A stretch of 64,000 bases of DNA. Origin: an uncultured bacterium (GTDB lineage Bacteria; Abyssobacteria; SURF-5). The stretch lies in assembly GCA_964607485.1 (NCBI GenBank), contig CAZSKP010000005.1:1-64000 (forward strand), read 5' to 3'. Shown here one piece after another: positions 61,553-64,000 of the stretch (positions are counted from its first letter, which is position 1; every line of letters starts with the position of its first letter). Position numbers and translations under genes: made by a program. A model generated the notes under the pieces. That model saw only the letters and a list, made by a program, of their open reading frames with translations. It was not told the origin of the DNA and made no database searches.

Positions 61553-61856
61553 GAGGTTTTTCGCCCTCGCCGCAGGGGCGCGAAACGGCGAAGTTGACCG
61601 TGCCGTTGACGCCCTCTATGGGTGCATGATAGAATGCGGCACGGTGTGGCGGCATCGGAAGGCCGCGCCCGGAGTTCCCTTCTTGTCTCCCAAAACACGG
61701 TGGTTCCGTGCTCACATTGTTCTCTTGGTTTTTCCCGGACAGAGAAGCCGATTCGAGGTTTGAGGAGGTGATATCAGAGCAGGTGTTGGGATGAATGGTC
61801 TCCCGAGGAACGTGCAAAGGAGCGTCGTTTAACCTTTATAGTAAAGGAGATTGCAG

Positions 61857-62633
61857 ATGCCGGATATCTACATTGAGGAATGGCCGCCACACGCGCCCAA
61901 CGACCAGGCCCGGCAGGAGACCGTCGTGACGGCCGCCCGAATGATGGCGAATGCGGCCATCACCGCGCCAAGCCAGGGCGGCGTGCAGATGGCCGAATGC
62001 CACATCGTGTACGGCGCGGCCGAGCTGGACAAGGTTGCGCGAAAGATGGAGGAGCTGGCCAGGCTCAGGCCCAAGAACAACCGGTGGAAAAGGATGTTTA
62101 AGTACGAGGCGGCCATGGTGCGCGACAGCGACGCCATCCTGTTCATCGGCGCGCTGGCCGCGTTTCAGCCGTTCGACACGGGTTGTGGCTACTGCGGCGG
62201 AAGCGAGGGATGCCAGTTCACCTACAAGCGGCGCAATGCCCGTTACGGCGTCCTGGACCTAACGGAGACGCTGCATCCCGACTGGCTCGTCGATGGCCCC
62301 ATGTGCTCGATGAATGTCTTCGGGATGGGCTGGGCGGTGGGCTCTGCGCTGATACTCGCCGGTCGTCTGTTTGTCGATGCGCGCCCGATGATGTCGGTCG
62401 GAGTGGCCGGCCAGAAGCTTGGCTACTGTCCCAAGTCGCCGATTGTCGTGGGAGTTCCCGTTGCAGGGAAGGCGAAAAGCCCGTTCGTTGACATACTGCC
62501 CGACTATCACATGCACAACCTGTCGCGGGTGGTGGATTCGCTCCGCAACAAGTATGTGATTTCGCGGATGGTGAACTGGCTGCCTTACCGCACCTGGGAT
62601 CCGCTGAATCCCGACCAGGAAAAGGAGGACTGA
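61857..62633 (+). CDS. DUF2148 family ferredoxin-domain protein
   Basis: MANAAITAP, CGYCG...C, GPMC, GWAVGSA, DARPMMSVG, KSPFVD. Confidence 0.75.
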   Translation: MPDIYIEEWPPHAPNDQARQETVVTAARMMANAAITAPSQGGVQMAECHIVYGAAELDKVARKMEELARLRPKNNRWKRMFKYEAAMVRDSDAILFIGALAAFQPFDTGCGYCGGSEGCQFTYKRRNARYGVLDLTETLHPDWLVDGPMCSMNVFGMGWAVGSALILAGRLFVDARPMMSVGVAGQKLGYCPKSPIVVGVPVAGKAKSPFVDILPDYHMHNLSRVVDSLRNKYVISRMVNWLPYRTWDPLNPDQEKED

Positions 62634-62636
62634 GAC

Positions 62637-63512
62637 ATGGCGTATCATGACGGAAAAAAGCTGGCCAATGAGGGGCTTCTGTCCGCGGCTCAACTGTGCG
62701 CCATGGCGGCCCTCAAGGCTCCGCAGATAACGGGCACGACGGAGATAAAGGTGGAGATACTCACGGGAGAGGACCTTGACCCGCTCATCGAGGTGCTCGG
62801 AATCCTGGGAGAGGACAACACCGTTTGTTTCGGCGACAACAAGACTCTGCAGGCGTGCAAGGATAAGGGCACGCTGCCAGTCGTGATGCTAATGGGAGGA
62901 ACCGGGCTCGGAAACTCGGGGCTCGACTGGGACTGCGGCGCCTGCGGCTTCGCGACATGCAAGGAGCACGACGCGTACGTGGAAAAGGAGCGCGAGAAGT
63001 CACCGGATTTCACCCGGCCGAGCGCATTCGGTACGCCCGGACCCGTATGCGTGTGGAAGGCCATCGACACGGGAATGGCCATGGACTGGGCCTGCGCGGC
63101 CGCGGCTCGGAACAACGTGGAAAACCGGGCGATGGCCTCCGTCGGCGTCATCTCACAGGCCCTCGGCTACCTTGCCAACTGCGAGATCGCCATCGGCCTC
63201 TGTCTCGGACCATGCGAACCCGAGGTGTACTACAACCGCCCGTCGCTCAAGGACATGTATGACAAGGACCTGGTCGTGACCTTCATGATGCGCGCTTTTC
63301 CGACCCACTTCATGGGATTCCCCGGGGCCGGCGACCCTCGCATCAAACATTCCGACGACTGGGAGACCGACCCGCGCTACGTTCGCGTATCGAAGCGGGA
63401 AGAGGTGGACCAGGAGAAGAAAGAGGCCGGCATGGCCCGCGTCATGCAGCTCGTGATGGAAACACGCCAGAAGATCGCGGAACGCGCCGCCGCCGAAGCG
63501 GAAAAGCAGTAA
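62637..63512 (+). CDS. Second DUF2148 family ferredoxin-domain protein
   Basis: AMAALKAP, DCGACGFATC, GPVC..KAIDTG, ENRAMASVG. Confidence 0.75.
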   Translation: MAYHDGKKLANEGLLSAAQLCAMAALKAPQITGTTEIKVEILTGEDLDPLIEVLGILGEDNTVCFGDNKTLQACKDKGTLPVVMLMGGTGLGNSGLDWDCGACGFATCKEHDAYVEKEREKSPDFTRPSAFGTPGPVCVWKAIDTGMAMDWACAAAARNNVENRAMASVGVISQALGYLANCEIAIGLCLGPCEPEVYYNRPSLKDMYDKDLVVTFMMRAFPTHFMGFPGAGDPRIKHSDDWETDPRYVRVSKREEVDQEKKEAGMARVMQLVMETRQKIAERAAAEAEKQ

Positions 63513-63555
63513 AGAGCGTCTTAGCGGAACATTCAGAGCTATCTTGGAAAAGGCG

Positions 63556-63598
63556 AGGCCGTGCGCGGAGGGGGAGCCCCGCCGCGCGCGGCCTTTTC
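63556..63598. terminator. Probably bidirectional terminator
   Basis: AGGCCGTGCGCGG..CCGCGCGCGGCCT followed by TTT, between convergent genes. Confidence 0.55.
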
Positions 63599-63608
63599 GC
63601 TGAATGGG

Positions 63609-64000
63609 TCAGGCGTTCTTCCTGAGCGCCATGCCTGGCAGCTTCCCCGTGTACTCGCCCTTCTCTATCACCGATTCTCCATTGACGAGGACGTACTCGA
63701 CTCCCTTTGGGTATTCGGACGGAGATTTGACGTCGGCGAGCGAATCGAGTTTCTCCGGGTCAAAGATTGTGATGTCGGCGCACGCTCCCGCTCCGATATA
63801 GCCTCTCTGCTTTATTCCGTATCGCTTCGCGGGGAGCGACGTGAGCTTCCTAACGGCTTCCGGCAGGCTGAACAGGTGCTTCTCATAGACAAACGTTCGG
63901 AGGAATTCGATGAATGCGCCGAAGGTGCGGGGGTGAACGACGGACTTTCTGAAGTAAATGGGAATTCCTGTCGGGAAGGAGTCCGAGGCGACGACCGAAT
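63609..64000 (-). CDS. N-acyl-D-amino-acid deacylase (amidohydrolase); 5' part lies outside the window
   Basis: Minus-strand translation ..HPRTFGAF..EAVRKLTSLPAKRYG..RG.I..GACADITIFDP..GVEYVLVNG..TGKLPG.ALR, stop at 63609. Confidence 0.88.
   Translation of the reverse strand, partial: SVVASDSFPTGIPIYFRKSVVHPRTFGAFIEFLRTFVYEKHLFSLPEAVRKLTSLPAKRYGIKQRGYIGAGACADITIFDPEKLDSLADVKSPSEYPKGVEYVLVNGESVIEKGEYTGKLPGMALRKNA

Overview
Bacterial chromosomal window, GC-rich overall and probably from an anaerobe (aldehyde:ferredoxin oxidoreductase, DUF2148 Fe-S proteins, many sigma54 elements). I cannot assign taxonomy from sequence alone. In order, it carries: a penicillin-acylase-family Ntn hydrolase; a nucleotidyltransferase/phosphoglycosyltransferase fusion; an AT-richer three-gene island (PD-(D/E)XK nuclease, Zn-finger/helical-Schlafen AlbA_2 protein, small membrane protein) that looks like an anti-phage cassette; a heat-shock region (clpB, dnaK, two Hsp20, htpX) with sigma54 -24/-12 promoters rather than CIRCE; dGTPase; Na/Pi transporter plus PhoU; CobO; a cusCBA heavy-metal efflux operon followed by a methyltransferase and a His-bearing membrane-sensor nucleotide cyclase; FHA-GGDEF, sirtuin and K+ channel; a Lon-like protease; an OYE; a sigma54 signalling cluster; a ThDP enzyme; hflX with a probable AUA start; an ECF sigma/anti-sigma pair; AOR; a spermidine-synthase-like membrane protein followed by a 41-aa half-rhodanese ORF; a hydrolase; an aminotransferase with TetR; a tandem DUF2148 pair; and a partial D-aminoacylase. 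Several REP-like palindrome families occupy intergenic regions. I found no rRNA, tRNA, CRISPR array, integrase or transposase. All product calls come from recognising motifs by eye, not from database searches.
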